From positions 62,001 through 126,000 of the IMG/VR virus record IMGVR_UViG_3300037042_006844: a stretch of 64,000 nucleotides of DNA. The stretch is one strand, 5' to 3'. The notes under the pieces were generated by a model. That model saw nothing but the letters and a program-made list of their open reading frames with translations. It was not told where the DNA came from and did no database searches. Positions 29,516 through 38,188 of this stretch are shown piece after piece. Numbering within the stretch: the first letter of the stretch is position 1; every line of letters begins with the position of its first letter. Position numbers and translations under genes: made by a program.

Positions 29516-29725
29516 TCAAGATTGATCAGATTTTGAAATTTTCTTCGCATGAACTTCTCGATGTATCTTTGGCGTTATCCAAACTCGCCCAGCGAGATGG
29601 TCCGGCCAAACGGACACAGAGTAATATTTGTTATCGGGGATGTCGCACCATTTGCGTAGTTGAGCATCCATTCCGAGCGGATCAGCAACATAAGCGGCGT
29701 ATTGTTGTGCTGTTAATGTTTTCAT
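29516..29725 (-). CDS. hypothetical protein
   Basis: small ORF within array. Confidence 0.45.
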   Translation of the reverse strand: MKTLTAQQYAAYVADPLGMDAQLRKWCDIPDNKYYSVSVWPDHLAGRVWITPKIHREVHAKKISKSDQS

Positions 29726-29889
29726 AAATTGGTGCTGTGCTCTCCACGCCGTCACTCTGTTTTACCGAATTTACCGGTCGGCAGTCATTTATGGGGTCAG
29801 TTACCCATTAGTTATTCAGGAGTTGCACCCGAGTATATTACGACTTTCACGTAAGCACTACTACATGTGTTACTTTGATAACTAAAAAA

Positions 29890-29967
29890 TGGTGGACCGG
29901 GTGGGATTTGAACCCACAACATATCGGGTAAGAGCCGATTACTCTAATCCAGTTGAGCTACCGATCC
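29890..29967 (-). tRNA. tRNA-Lys(CTT)
   Basis: cloverleaf, CCA. Confidence 0.9.
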
Positions 29968-29985
29968 ATTGTAATTGTTGTAAAG

Positions 29986-30058
29986 TGGTCCTCCCATCTG
30001 GACTTGAACCAGAACACTGCGCTAATCAGGCACAGGGACTGCATTATCGTATAGGAGG
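29986..30058 (-). tRNA. atypical tRNA-Ile(GAT)
   Basis: acceptor/T/anticodon arms present, unpaired D region. Confidence 0.6.
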
Positions 30059-30064
30059 ATAAAT

Positions 30065-30191
30065 TGGTGCAAGTGGTGGGTAATGCTCCCACACGAATCG
30101 TCTGGTTAAAAGCCAGTTGCCCGAAAAGCCAGTTGCCCGAAAAGCCAGTTGCCCGAAAAGCCAGTTGCCCGTCTATTGTGGCTTCACTTGC
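30065..30191 (-). tRNA. tRNA-Lys(TTT) interrupted by internal 16-bp x4 tandem repeat
   Basis: Removing 3 copies restores cloverleaf with ctTTTaa. Confidence 0.65.
30108..30171. repeat. tandem repeat AAAAGCCAGTTGCCCG x4
   Basis: exact copies. Confidence 0.95.
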
Positions 30192-30240
30192 GTAAATCTT
30201 CGATATGTCAATGACCTAAAATCATCTTAGCAGACTTTTT

Positions 30241-30645
30241 TCAAACGTCAACAACCTTTTTTCTAACACAGTTCATCACGTTTCTAGCACGTTTGGACGG
30301 AGATGGAAACATGAACGGTCTGCTTTTACCGTTTACATACGGTGGGGTTTTTCCAACGCTTGTGTATTGCGCTGCTGTTATGTCAATTATTTTGCCATCA
30401 ATATTTTGCAGCCACCAATGACTGATGTTGTTACTATCTTTGGCTTGAAACGGTTTGAATGTTTCGATCAACTGAAATTCTTTCATTAAACAATACAACG
30501 CTTCGGTTGCAACATAGCAATGACCATACATTGGATTGCCAGCATTTGTTTTGCGATATTCGGGCTTCAATAACTTGGGATGCAAACAGCTTGTTATGGC
30601 ATCGACCAACTGTATAACTTTTGAGTTTGTAGTAGTGTCTATCAC
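30241..30645 (-). CDS. hypothetical protein with GHCY...HWWL..D motif (papain/transglutaminase-like triad)
   Basis: motif spacing. Confidence 0.55.
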   Translation of the reverse strand: MIDTTTNSKVIQLVDAITSCLHPKLLKPEYRKTNAGNPMYGHCYVATEALYCLMKEFQLIETFKPFQAKDSNNISHWWLQNIDGKIIDITAAQYTSVGKTPPYVNGKSRPFMFPSPSKRARNVMNCVRKKVVDV

Positions 30646-30768
30646 AATAATACATATGATAGACTACCGCGAAATCATTCACCGTCCCGTGACACCACAG
30701 GTCCATAGATATACTCCGATTCATCTATGTTAAACTTGAGCAATATCAAGCACGATTACTACTAAAAC

Positions 30769-30842
30769 TGGTGGCAATGGCGGGACTTGAACCCACAACT
30801 TGTGCAGTTATCAACGCACTACTCTAATTGAGTTACATCGCC
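30769..30842 (-). tRNA. tRNA-Ile(GAT)
   Basis: cloverleaf, bulged anticodon stem. Confidence 0.72.
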
Positions 30843-30848
30843 AAAAAA

Positions 30849-30926
30849 TGGTGGTTCTGACAGGATTCGAACCTGCACTACCTAGCTTCTGAGACTAGTG
30901 CCTCCTTCCAATTGGGCTACAGAACC
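30849..30926 (-). tRNA. tRNA-Leu(CAG), short variable loop
   Basis: cloverleaf, CCA. Confidence 0.88.
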
Positions 30927-31146
30927 AAAAATGTTTACTGGATTTCACATTGTTCCATTACATTATTTTTCATCACGTTCATGAAAATTAATACAACGTC
31001 TATCAGTGTCCATACGGTTATTACATCGCAGTGTTCGCACTATACATCATGGAATCGCACCATGTCCTCCCAGCGTATTGGCTGCTGTGCTACTATTACA
31101 CCAATGTATAACAACACTTTGCGCCTTCATCCGTATGTTAAAAAAA

Positions 31147-31238
31147 TGGTGGTGGAGGTGAGATTCGCACTCACATTGTTTACCACAAGGGTATGGGTTT
31201 TACAGACCCACGCTTTCAACTATTCAGACCACTCCACC
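31147..31238 (-). tRNA. tRNA-Tyr(GTA)
   Basis: long arm, CCA. Confidence 0.82.
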
Positions 31239-31243
31239 ACAAA

Positions 31244-31789
31244 CTAGCTAAAATTGTATTCTAAAATTTTCTCAATGGCTACTATTCCTTTGTCGTTAAT
31301 CTCTCTGGTTCCAACACCAGCAAAATTTTCGGTCAATTTTGGAATATAGTCAATGACTTCAAATTCTCCCAATGCATAGTTGAATTTGTTCCATTTATTA
31401 CCCTCTTGGTCAAAAACAAATGTAGGTTTCTGATTGTCAATAGCCATTTGAACCGCCCAACCAGTGCCACCACTGACCTTTTTCTTATCTAAAAATTTAC
31501 CTACAGCGAATATGGATTCGGCATTTTTGACTTGAAACCAATTTCTTGCTAACAAGTTCTGAATATACCGGGCTTGTCCTTGTGGATAACGTTTCATTGC
31601 TTTATTGGCAATTAAAACGTGTTCAAATCCTTCATTTAGTTGTTCGGCGGATAAGATTTCTCTGTTCTGGCCTTCTTGTTTATGACCACCAAAAGAATAA
31701 GCGATGGTTTTAACGCCATATTTATTGCCTTCGTTTTCCCATTCCATATCGGCTCCGGGACAGCCGCCACTATGACAAATATAACTCAT
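31244..31789 (-). CDS. SLOG-superfamily (DprA/MoCo-carrier-like) Rossmannoid protein
   Basis: HSGGCPGAD, RN, GGTGWA, FAGVGTRE. Confidence 0.7.
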   Translation of the reverse strand: MSYICHSGGCPGADMEWENEGNKYGVKTIAYSFGGHKQEGQNREILSAEQLNEGFEHVLIANKAMKRYPQGQARYIQNLLARNWFQVKNAESIFAVGKFLDKKKVSGGTGWAVQMAIDNQKPTFVFDQEGNKWNKFNYALGEFEVIDYIPKLTENFAGVGTREINDKGIVAIEKILEYNFS

Positions 31790-31811
31790 AACTATTCAAA
31801 ATTATCAACAT

Positions 31812-32336
31812 TTAATTATACCGAGATGGAGGTGGAGCATCAGCTTCACCAGCAGCTACAAGATCCATGTATTTTTTATAATATTTTTCATGATCTGGCA
31901 ATTCTTTCACACCTTTCCAATCGTGGGGAAGCGATTCTTTTTTGAAAGGAAGTGCTTGCCGTCTATCTTTCATTACGAATACGTCGTATGGATAGTCCAC
32001 ATATTCAAACATCGAAAGATTCTCGTGTATTACGCTTATATTTTTATCAATTACGCCTCTTAAATGGGCAGTTATGATGTATTTTCGCCCGTAATACCCA
32101 GCAGCGATTTTATCGTCAGTAAAAAATATTTCCCCTTTGCTTTGAAATGTAGGACGACCGTGTGTTCCTGGAGTTTTTAATCCAAAATGAAATAACGGAA
32201 AGTTCTTATTGGTTCCGTGATAGAACAATTTTGGAGCACCATTACCATCCAATAGAATTGGATACTCTATCTCATCGAATTGCGCTTCTTCTTCCGTCAT
32301 TAATCGGAACGTATTTATGTCGGTTCGTTTGAACAT
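31812..32336 (-). CDS. ADP-ribosyltransferase-like protein
   Basis: LFYHGT...IFFTDDK.AAGYY. Confidence 0.55.
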   Translation of the reverse strand: MFKRTDINTFRLMTEEEAQFDEIEYPILLDGNGAPKLFYHGTNKNFPLFHFGLKTPGTHGRPTFQSKGEIFFTDDKIAAGYYGRKYIITAHLRGVIDKNISVIHENLSMFEYVDYPYDVFVMKDRRQALPFKKESLPHDWKGVKELPDHEKYYKKYMDLVAAGEADAPPPSRYN

Positions 32337-32375
32337 GTCTATAAATATTTGCAAACTGAACTATAATCTAAAAAT

Positions 32376-32450
32376 TGGCCCGATAGGTTGGTAACGCTCC
32401 AACATCCTCCGTTCTTCAGACGGATGCTAATCGATTTCAGCTACTATCGG
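32376..32450 (-). tRNA. tRNA-Phe(GAA)
   Basis: cloverleaf, atypical T loop. Confidence 0.78.
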
Positions 32451-32458
32451 ATAAAAAA

Positions 32459-32534
32459 TGGCCCGGCAGATTGGTAACTCTCCAATATCCTTCGCTCGCA
32501 AGAGCGAATACTCTTATATTTAAGCTACTACCGG
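32459..32534 (-). tRNA. tRNA-like RNA with non-canonical anticodon arm
   Basis: Body paralogous to adjacent tRNA-Phe; arm TTCGCTC-TTGC-GAGCGAA; CCA intact. Confidence 0.55.
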
Positions 32535-32542
32535 ATAAAAAA

Positions 32543-32620
32543 TGGTGGACGTAGAGGGATTCGAACCCTCAACTTCTAGGTTATACACCAATTACTCTAA
32601 TCCAATTGAGTTATACGTCC
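32543..32620 (-). tRNA. tRNA-Ile(TAT)
   Basis: cloverleaf, loop tgTATaa. Confidence 0.7.
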
Positions 32621-32624
32621 AATA

Positions 32625-32699
32625 TGGGGTGATATGCGGGTTACGATCCCGCACAAACAGTTCCACAAACTGTTATGCTACCACTACATCAATATCACC
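32625..32699 (-). tRNA. tRNA-His(GTG)
   Basis: G-1:C73, CCA. Confidence 0.82.
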
Positions 32700-32791
32700 A
32701 TTACTATATCTAGAATCGTTGGAGCACTGTGTAGGAATCGAACCGACATACATCTTTCGATTGCTACACTACATTTGTAGTGCATTGCCAA

Positions 32792-33037
32792 TTATCTATA
32801 GTTTATATCACTAAAATCTGACTCTTCAACGCGGTCACTCGTATCAACTAACTCTGCTACTCTCATCCAATTTTTGCAATCGTAGTTTCCACATAAAAGA
32901 GAATAGTCACTCAGAGCACTGTCTGATCCTTGATATGCTTTCATTTTCTCTCCACAGTCTGGACACCGCATATCAAACCACTCACACCGCCCTCTACTTT
33001 CTATTTCATCCCGTGTAATATTTTTCATATTTTTCAT
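32792..33037 (-). CDS. small Zn-ribbon hypothetical protein
   Basis: CPDC...CGNYDC. Confidence 0.45.
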   Translation of the reverse strand: MKNMKNITRDEIESRGRCEWFDMRCPDCGEKMKAYQGSDSALSDYSLLCGNYDCKNWMRVAELVDTSDRVEESDFSDINYR

Positions 33038-33046
33038 AACTAAAAT

Positions 33047-33135
33047 TGGTGGTAGTGACAGGATTCGAACCTGTAAGTTTAGCCAGTGGCAATGCGTTTA
33101 CAGCGCATCTCCTTCGCCAATTTGGATACACTACC
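33047..33135 (-). tRNA. tRNA-Tyr(GTA)
   Basis: long arm, CCA. Confidence 0.9.
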
Positions 33136-33167
33136 ATTACCCTCAAAGCGTGATGCTTTGAGGAAAG

Positions 33168-33255
33168 CTCTAGGAGTTGGACTTGAACCAACGACGGGGT
33201 TATTCACCCTACAGATTAACAGTCTGTTGCCTGCTACCAACTCGGCTACCCTAGA
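33168..33255 (-). tRNA. tRNA-Asn(GTT) with long variable arm, no CCA
   Basis: ctGTTaa, G73, extra arm GGGTGAATAACCC. Confidence 0.78.
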
Positions 33256-33273
33256 ATTAAACTACACTAAAAA

Positions 33274-33347
33274 TGGCTCCCGAAGATGGACTCGCACCAC
33301 CACAAACTGGGTAACAGCCAGCCGTGCTACTTTGACACTACTCGGGA
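33274..33347 (-). tRNA. tRNA-Asn(GTT)
   Basis: cloverleaf, CCA. Confidence 0.82.
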
Positions 33348-33367
33348 ATACTACTACTAGTATAAAA

Positions 33368-33443
33368 TGGCCCTCCATGCGAGACTCGCACTCGCTACTG
33401 CATCGTGACAGGATGCTATGATAAACTCATTCAACAATGAAGG
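33368..33443 (-). tRNA. tRNA-Asp(GTC)
   Basis: ctGTCac, G73. Confidence 0.75.
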
Positions 33444-33590
33444 GTAACTACTAAAATTGTTCCACGTTATTTGGCAAGAAGGTGGACAAACTTACCCGTG
33501 ACGTTCTCGCTCTCTGGGTCTCGTCATGCGCTTGGACTTTGAATTTAAGGGTTATTCCAAGTAACCTGTGTTTCCTTAGCTTTCGGAAAT

Positions 33591-33667
33591 TGGAGCATCG
33601 TGTGGGTAACGCTCCCACTCAGTATCTTGTTTGGAAGACAAGTGCCTCACTTCTCAGCCAACGATGC
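33591..33667 (-). tRNA. tRNA-Gly(TCC)
   Basis: cloverleaf, U73. Confidence 0.8.
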
Positions 33668-33677
33668 GTTTATAAAA

Positions 33678-33753
33678 TGGCATCCACCATAGGAATCGAA
33701 CCTACCCACTGAGATTTGGAGTCTCTGTCGCCAGCCTTGGAACATGGGTGGAT
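33678..33753 (-). tRNA. tRNA-Trp(CCA)
   Basis: ctCCAaa, G73. Confidence 0.8.
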
Positions 33754-33764
33754 ATATCATAAAT

Positions 33765-33840
33765 TGGTGGTCCAGTAGGGAGTTAAACCCTAAATTCAAC
33801 GTTCGTAATGTTGTGTGATATTCAGTTTCACCACCGGACC
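33765..33840 (-). tRNA. tRNA-Arg(ACG)
   Basis: cloverleaf, CCA. Confidence 0.78.
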
Positions 33841-33845
33841 GTAAA

Positions 33846-33920
33846 TGGTAGTCTATGTGGGTGCTGCCCCCACGTTTCCAGTTTGAAAAACTAGCGAACT
33901 AGCTGATGTTCGAATAGACC
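33846..33920 (-). tRNA. tRNA-Glu(TTC)
   Basis: cloverleaf, atypical T loop. Confidence 0.78.
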
Positions 33921-33929
33921 ATTGTAAAT

Positions 33930-34006
33930 TGGAAACCCCACTTGGATTCACACCAAGGTTTCTGGCTCAGAGCACACAGAAGTCCTAATCACTAGACGAT
34001 AGGGTT
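33930..34006 (-). tRNA. Glu-like tRNA body with expanded 12-nt anticodon loop
   Basis: TTCTG-TGTGCTCTGAGC-CAGAA; acceptor and CCA intact. Confidence 0.5.
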
Positions 34007-34010
34007 AAAT

Positions 34011-34086
34011 TGGCAACCTCACTCGGAGTCGAACCGAGTTCCCCGGACTGAGAATCCAGAATCCTTTCCTATTAGACGATGAGGTC
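34011..34086 (-). tRNA. tRNA-Glu(CTC)
   Basis: cloverleaf, CCA. Confidence 0.9.
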
Positions 34087-34095
34087 GTTGTAAAT

Positions 34096-34187
34096 TGGAG
34101 CCTCCAGTCAGACTCGAACTGACAAAGGATGATTAATCCATTCTTGATTACAAATCAAGGCCGATAACCAATTCCGGGCATGGAGGC
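34096..34187 (-). tRNA. tRNA-Thr(TGT) with long variable arm
   Basis: ttTGTaa, extra arm GGATTAATCATCC. Confidence 0.8.
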
Positions 34188-34253
34188 AGTAAATTTTCTA
34201 TACTTTATTTATGGAAATTACCTCAGTAATTCCGTCATCGCCCTATGTATATA

Positions 34254-34853
34254 TTATTTCTTAATCACGCAAGTAAGGCTTGCGTTAAGATGAAATGTTC
34301 CATCACGATTGTAGTGATGCCGTTCACGAAATTCGCTGCGAATTGCATTCAATGCAGCATCTTGCGAATCGAGATCGTTTGCGAGAAAATCATAAGTAGT
34401 TGGCAGTCTGTCAACATACTCTGATCCCGCAGCAAAAGATGTGTGTAAATCCTCCATCACAAAATATCCATTGGGCTTAACTTTTGGCCAATAATATTTC
34501 AACGCATCTTGCTGATGTGACATGTAATGACTTCCGTCATCCATCATGATATCAATCTCGCCATCTGCAAACGTGCTGTAAACTTCTTCCAGCAAAGCGT
34601 TTTTCGTAATGTAAACAAAACGATCATGTAACGGAACCTCTGGACGATAGCCGCAATCAATTCCGTAGATGGTTGCGTTTGGAAAATATTCCAACCATGT
34701 TTGAGTGCTCGCCCCAAAATAAACACCGATTTCAACTACTTTTCGAACGTCATATCGAATCGGTCCAAAAAACTGCTCGTAAAAATCCATGTATCTGTGA
34801 CCCCAGGCTTTATCAGTCTGGTATTTTATTCCAATGTCTTGTAGTAATCCCAT
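34254..34853 (-). CDS. class I SAM methyltransferase
   Basis: TDK..H.Y, VEIGV, DDGSH, MEDL. Confidence 0.85.
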   Translation of the reverse strand: MGLLQDIGIKYQTDKAWGHRYMDFYEQFFGPIRYDVRKVVEIGVYFGASTQTWLEYFPNATIYGIDCGYRPEVPLHDRFVYITKNALLEEVYSTFADGEIDIMMDDGSHYMSHQQDALKYYWPKVKPNGYFVMEDLHTSFAAGSEYVDRLPTTYDFLANDLDSQDAALNAIRSEFRERHHYNRDGTFHLNASLTCVIKK

Positions 34854-34884
34854 ATACTATTAAATAGTGTCATTTGAAATTAAA

Positions 34885-35529
34885 CTATAGTTTTTCAATC
34901 ACACAAGTAATACTGCTCGGATAGTGGAACGTTCCGTCACGATTATAAAAATGTTTTGCACCAAACTCCGTGTCACGGATGTTGTTCAACTCAGCGTCTT
35001 GCGTAACGGCATTGTTTTTCAAAAAATCATAAGTGGTTGGTAATCGATCTCGATTTGCGAGCAGCCTTCGCTGTGAAGGTGGCAGACAACTTTCGGAATC
35101 TGCTCGTATGGCGGATGTGGATAAATCTTCCATCACAAAATAGCCGCCATGTTTGATCTTTGACCAGTAAAATTTAATTGCGTCGTGCTGATGTGATATT
35201 TTATGACTACCATCATCAATCAGAATATCGATGTCATTATCGGTGAATGAAGAATAAACTTCTTCCAGCAAAGCGTTTTTCGTAACGTAAACAAATCTGT
35301 CATGTGGAGAAACTAATTCGCAGTGTATGCAATCGATTCCATAAATCGTGGCGTTTGGAAAATAATCCAACCACACTCTGATACTGGAACCACGATGCAC
35401 ACCAATCTCAATAACTTTGCGGACATCAAACCGTATCGGACCAAAAAATTGTTCATAGAAATCCATGTATTTGTGATACGTGGCTTTGTCAGTTTGATAT
35501 TGCATTCCTAAATCGTGAAGTAAACCCAT
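34885..35529 (-). CDS. class I SAM methyltransferase (tandem paralog)
   Basis: Highly similar to 34254-34853. Confidence 0.85.
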   Translation of the reverse strand: MGLLHDLGMQYQTDKATYHKYMDFYEQFFGPIRFDVRKVIEIGVHRGSSIRVWLDYFPNATIYGIDCIHCELVSPHDRFVYVTKNALLEEVYSSFTDNDIDILIDDGSHKISHQHDAIKFYWSKIKHGGYFVMEDLSTSAIRADSESCLPPSQRRLLANRDRLPTTYDFLKNNAVTQDAELNNIRDTEFGAKHFYNRDGTFHYPSSITCVIEKL

Positions 35530-35567
35530 GCTGTATACATATACAGAAAATAGCGATCTCAACCGCA

Positions 35568-35685
35568 CTTTCATCGCCCTATGGGTTCTGCTTTCGGCAT
35601 AACACCCACGGACCAATCAATTGATTTTCCCAGACTTTACCTTTTTCACTGGCGGCGGCTCAACAGATGGAGTTTCAAGCCCGTT
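35568..35685 (-). ncRNA. conserved structured leader of tRNA array 2
   Basis: Second copy of 17320-17420 element. Confidence 0.6.
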
Positions 35686-35701
35686 TCTAAATTGTTCTTA
35701 C

Positions 35702-35821
35702 AGTCTATCAGCTTTTTATCACTTGTCAACTGTCTTTTTTCGCTCACCTTTCGGCTCGCTCGTTGGTCAACCTTTCGTCGCTCAACTATAATAATCTTAT
35801 CACACTTCCTATCACTGTCAA
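35702..35821 (-). promoter_or_regulatory. tandem sigma70 promoters of tRNA array 2
   Basis: TTGACA-16-TAAGAT (35821-35794) and TTGACA-16-TAGACT (35729-35702). Confidence 0.7.
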
Positions 35822-35846
35822 CGATCTTCTTTCAAAAAAATTCCAA

Positions 35847-35986
35847 CAAAAAACCGTCACTCATTTCTGGGTGACGGTTGATATTCTTTCTTCAGTTATG
35901 TATACAAAATATCAGCGTCCACCCTTTCTTGTAAAGGTGGTATTATACCAATCACGCTTAATGTCATGTTTACAAACGACTTGCAT
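35847..35986 (-). promoter_or_regulatory. leader-peptide attenuator 2 (MQVVCKHDIKRDWYNTTFTRKGGR*)
   Basis: ORF 35986-35912; protector hairpin, antiterminator over stop codon, terminator AACCGTCAC/GTGACGGTT + U tract. Confidence 0.8.
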
Positions 35987-36017
35987 ACACAAATATATAT
36001 CTGCGACTTTGCGAAAC

Positions 36018-36881
36018 TTAACGTTTTTTTGCAGATTTTTTCGCTCTACGCAATTCTAATGCAACTGCTTCTCTCACAAGAGATTTCAACTCAGCAGAAG
36101 TAATTGTTTCGCCCATTGCTTCTGGATCGGGGTCTCCTCCGTATGGGTCGCCGTATCCAAATGGTGATGGTTCATCACTACGCACACGATATTCTGGTCC
36201 ACGGCCTGGCTCATCGCGATCAATGTTTGGAGTTTTGTGGCGTTTTTCGTAAAACCTTGGATATGCATGAGGAAGATCAGCATAAACCAATTCTGGGTCG
36301 ATTTTGATGTTGAAACGCAAAACACCTTTGCCAGTCATCTTGCTGGTATCAACATTCCTCCAATTGTTATCGATCACCGTAACACCAGAAGTTCCGTCAA
36401 CAAGTTTAATAGCTTCCAATTCATCTTTGATTTTTTTGGCTGCTTGGCTCCAAACTTTTGGGTTGATGCCGTCCACATAAAAATTGATTGTGCCATTTTT
36501 ATCAAACGCAGAATCACCATCTGGCGACATCCAAGTAGGAGACAATTTAGCTTGGGGATCGGCATTTTTAATGAACGTCCACACACTATCGTCGATATCG
36601 TGAATAACGTTGAGCACACCAGCAGAATCATCTGGCATACTATAATCCGTAGATTCGTCCACAGACTTCGATCCTTTTAATTTTGCAAGCTTCTTCTTTA
36701 GCATCGCTACATATCGCTCGACTGAGCCATAGTTTTTCTTGGCGAATGCCTTGGGTGGATTTGCAATTAATGCCTCTAGGCTTTTAATGTCGGCGGCAGA
36801 ATCATCCGCTGCCCCTTTACCTTTGTATTCTTCGGCAATCAATGCACGGAGCAGTTTTTTAAGTTGGTCTTTTTTGGTCAT
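36018..36881 (-). CDS. hypothetical protein
   Basis: LKKLLRALIAEE and LKSLVRE motifs common in huge-phage virion proteins. Confidence 0.7.
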   Translation of the reverse strand: MTKKDQLKKLLRALIAEEYKGKGAADDSAADIKSLEALIANPPKAFAKKNYGSVERYVAMLKKKLAKLKGSKSVDESTDYSMPDDSAGVLNVIHDIDDSVWTFIKNADPQAKLSPTWMSPDGDSAFDKNGTINFYVDGINPKVWSQAAKKIKDELEAIKLVDGTSGVTVIDNNWRNVDTSKMTGKGVLRFNIKIDPELVYADLPHAYPRFYEKRHKTPNIDRDEPGRGPEYRVRSDEPSPFGYGDPYGGDPDPEAMGETITSAELKSLVREAVALELRRAKKSAKKR

Positions 36882-36978
36882 AAATTTGGTTTCTTAACTA
36901 GTTTACGAAAATCCTTAGCGTCCATAATTTATAAATATAACAACAAAACGAATTCTTACCGAAAATCAATCAAAATGA

Positions 36979-38148
36979 TCACACACCAGCAATGTGCTTA
37001 AAAGCGTCCGTATAAACATTCTTATCGAATATGCTATTACCCGACGCATCCATCAAATCGTCGATTTTCATTTTGTTTAAGAAATAGTCGTCTGTGATCG
37101 CAAAATTTTCTTCGTATGCTGGAACAAATTGTGCAAACTCGGCGTTGTTTTTGACCACATCAAATATGAGTTTATAAACATAATAGCGTCGATAGATTTC
37201 CAACACAGTGCTATGATATCCCGAATCTTTAATATAGTGGTCCATTTCTGAAAATATAGACTGCTCCAACAAGTTCGTCTGCTTGAATGCGAACCTATAC
37301 AAACACGAAGCACTTCCAATGTGATATTGGAATTGTTGCAACATCAACGCTTGTGGATTTGGCTGCAAATGCCAATTTCGGACGTGGTATCCGCCATGAA
37401 AATAATACGCAAACTGATCTTCATATGTGGGTGTTCCCGCAGCATATGTTTGTAAATCGTGTGCTTTATTGATCCGATTAAGAAGCTCAGATGAAAATTT
37501 GACAAACGTGTCCATTGCGGTTTCTATTTCAAACGTATATGGCCTGCCACGCAAAACAATTTGATCCCCTGGCATGTGGCTATGTGCTTCCAGAATATCG
37601 TTTGGATTGAAACACGATTTGCGAATCAAAAGAGTTGTTGGTTGAAAATGCGGAAATGTAAACGGCCTTAAATTTTCGAACAGATTATCTTCCTGCATAA
37701 TTTGTCGTTCGAAACTGATAAAATGCTCGTTATTGGTGCAGCCACGGGTCGCCCCCACAACATCCAAATCATTACTACCGATGCGGCGCATGAAACGCTG
37801 CAACAAATCAGCGTTCAATATAAAATCGTCATCTTCCATGATCAATATTGTATCACGAATCTCCGCCCAATGTTTTTCAAGCAAATATCGAATGTTGACT
37901 CCGTGATTTGCCATTGTCGGTTCGAGAAAATCAAACGTTACAGCTGGGTCGTTGGCACTCAGCCCAGTAAAAAAGTCACGAACAATTTTCAGTTCGGCAT
38001 CGTCTCTTCGATCCGGCCCCTCCGAAACAGCAATAAAAAGGTTGTCGAATAACGGATTCAATCTGGCTCTCCAGTTAAGTATTCGGAGATACATCAACAA
38101 TGGATCGCTCACAGAAATCAACAACTGCGTGGAGTTTTTAACGTTCAT
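36979..38148 (-). CDS. GT-A fold glycosyltransferase-like protein
   Basis: ILIMEDDDFI; paralog of 23454-24611. Confidence 0.55.
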   Translation of the reverse strand: MNVKNSTQLLISVSDPLLMYLRILNWRARLNPLFDNLFIAVSEGPDRRDDAELKIVRDFFTGLSANDPAVTFDFLEPTMANHGVNIRYLLEKHWAEIRDTILIMEDDDFILNADLLQRFMRRIGSNDLDVVGATRGCTNNEHFISFERQIMQEDNLFENLRPFTFPHFQPTTLLIRKSCFNPNDILEAHSHMPGDQIVLRGRPYTFEIETAMDTFVKFSSELLNRINKAHDLQTYAAGTPTYEDQFAYYFHGGYHVRNWHLQPNPQALMLQQFQYHIGSASCLYRFAFKQTNLLEQSIFSEMDHYIKDSGYHSTVLEIYRRYYVYKLIFDVVKNNAEFAQFVPAYEENFAITDDYFLNKMKIDDLMDASGNSIFDKNVYTDAFKHIAGV

Positions 38149-38188
38149 ATTGTAACATGATCTACTATATATAGTTAAATGTTACGTT

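Noticed and set aside
29808-29884. tRNA-like sequence
   Set aside because: Weak D arm, non-canonical loop, no CCA; identity not assignable.
32720-32790. Second tRNA-Cys
   Set aside because: Only a T arm/3' end resembling the Cys tRNA; no matching 5' half or anticodon.
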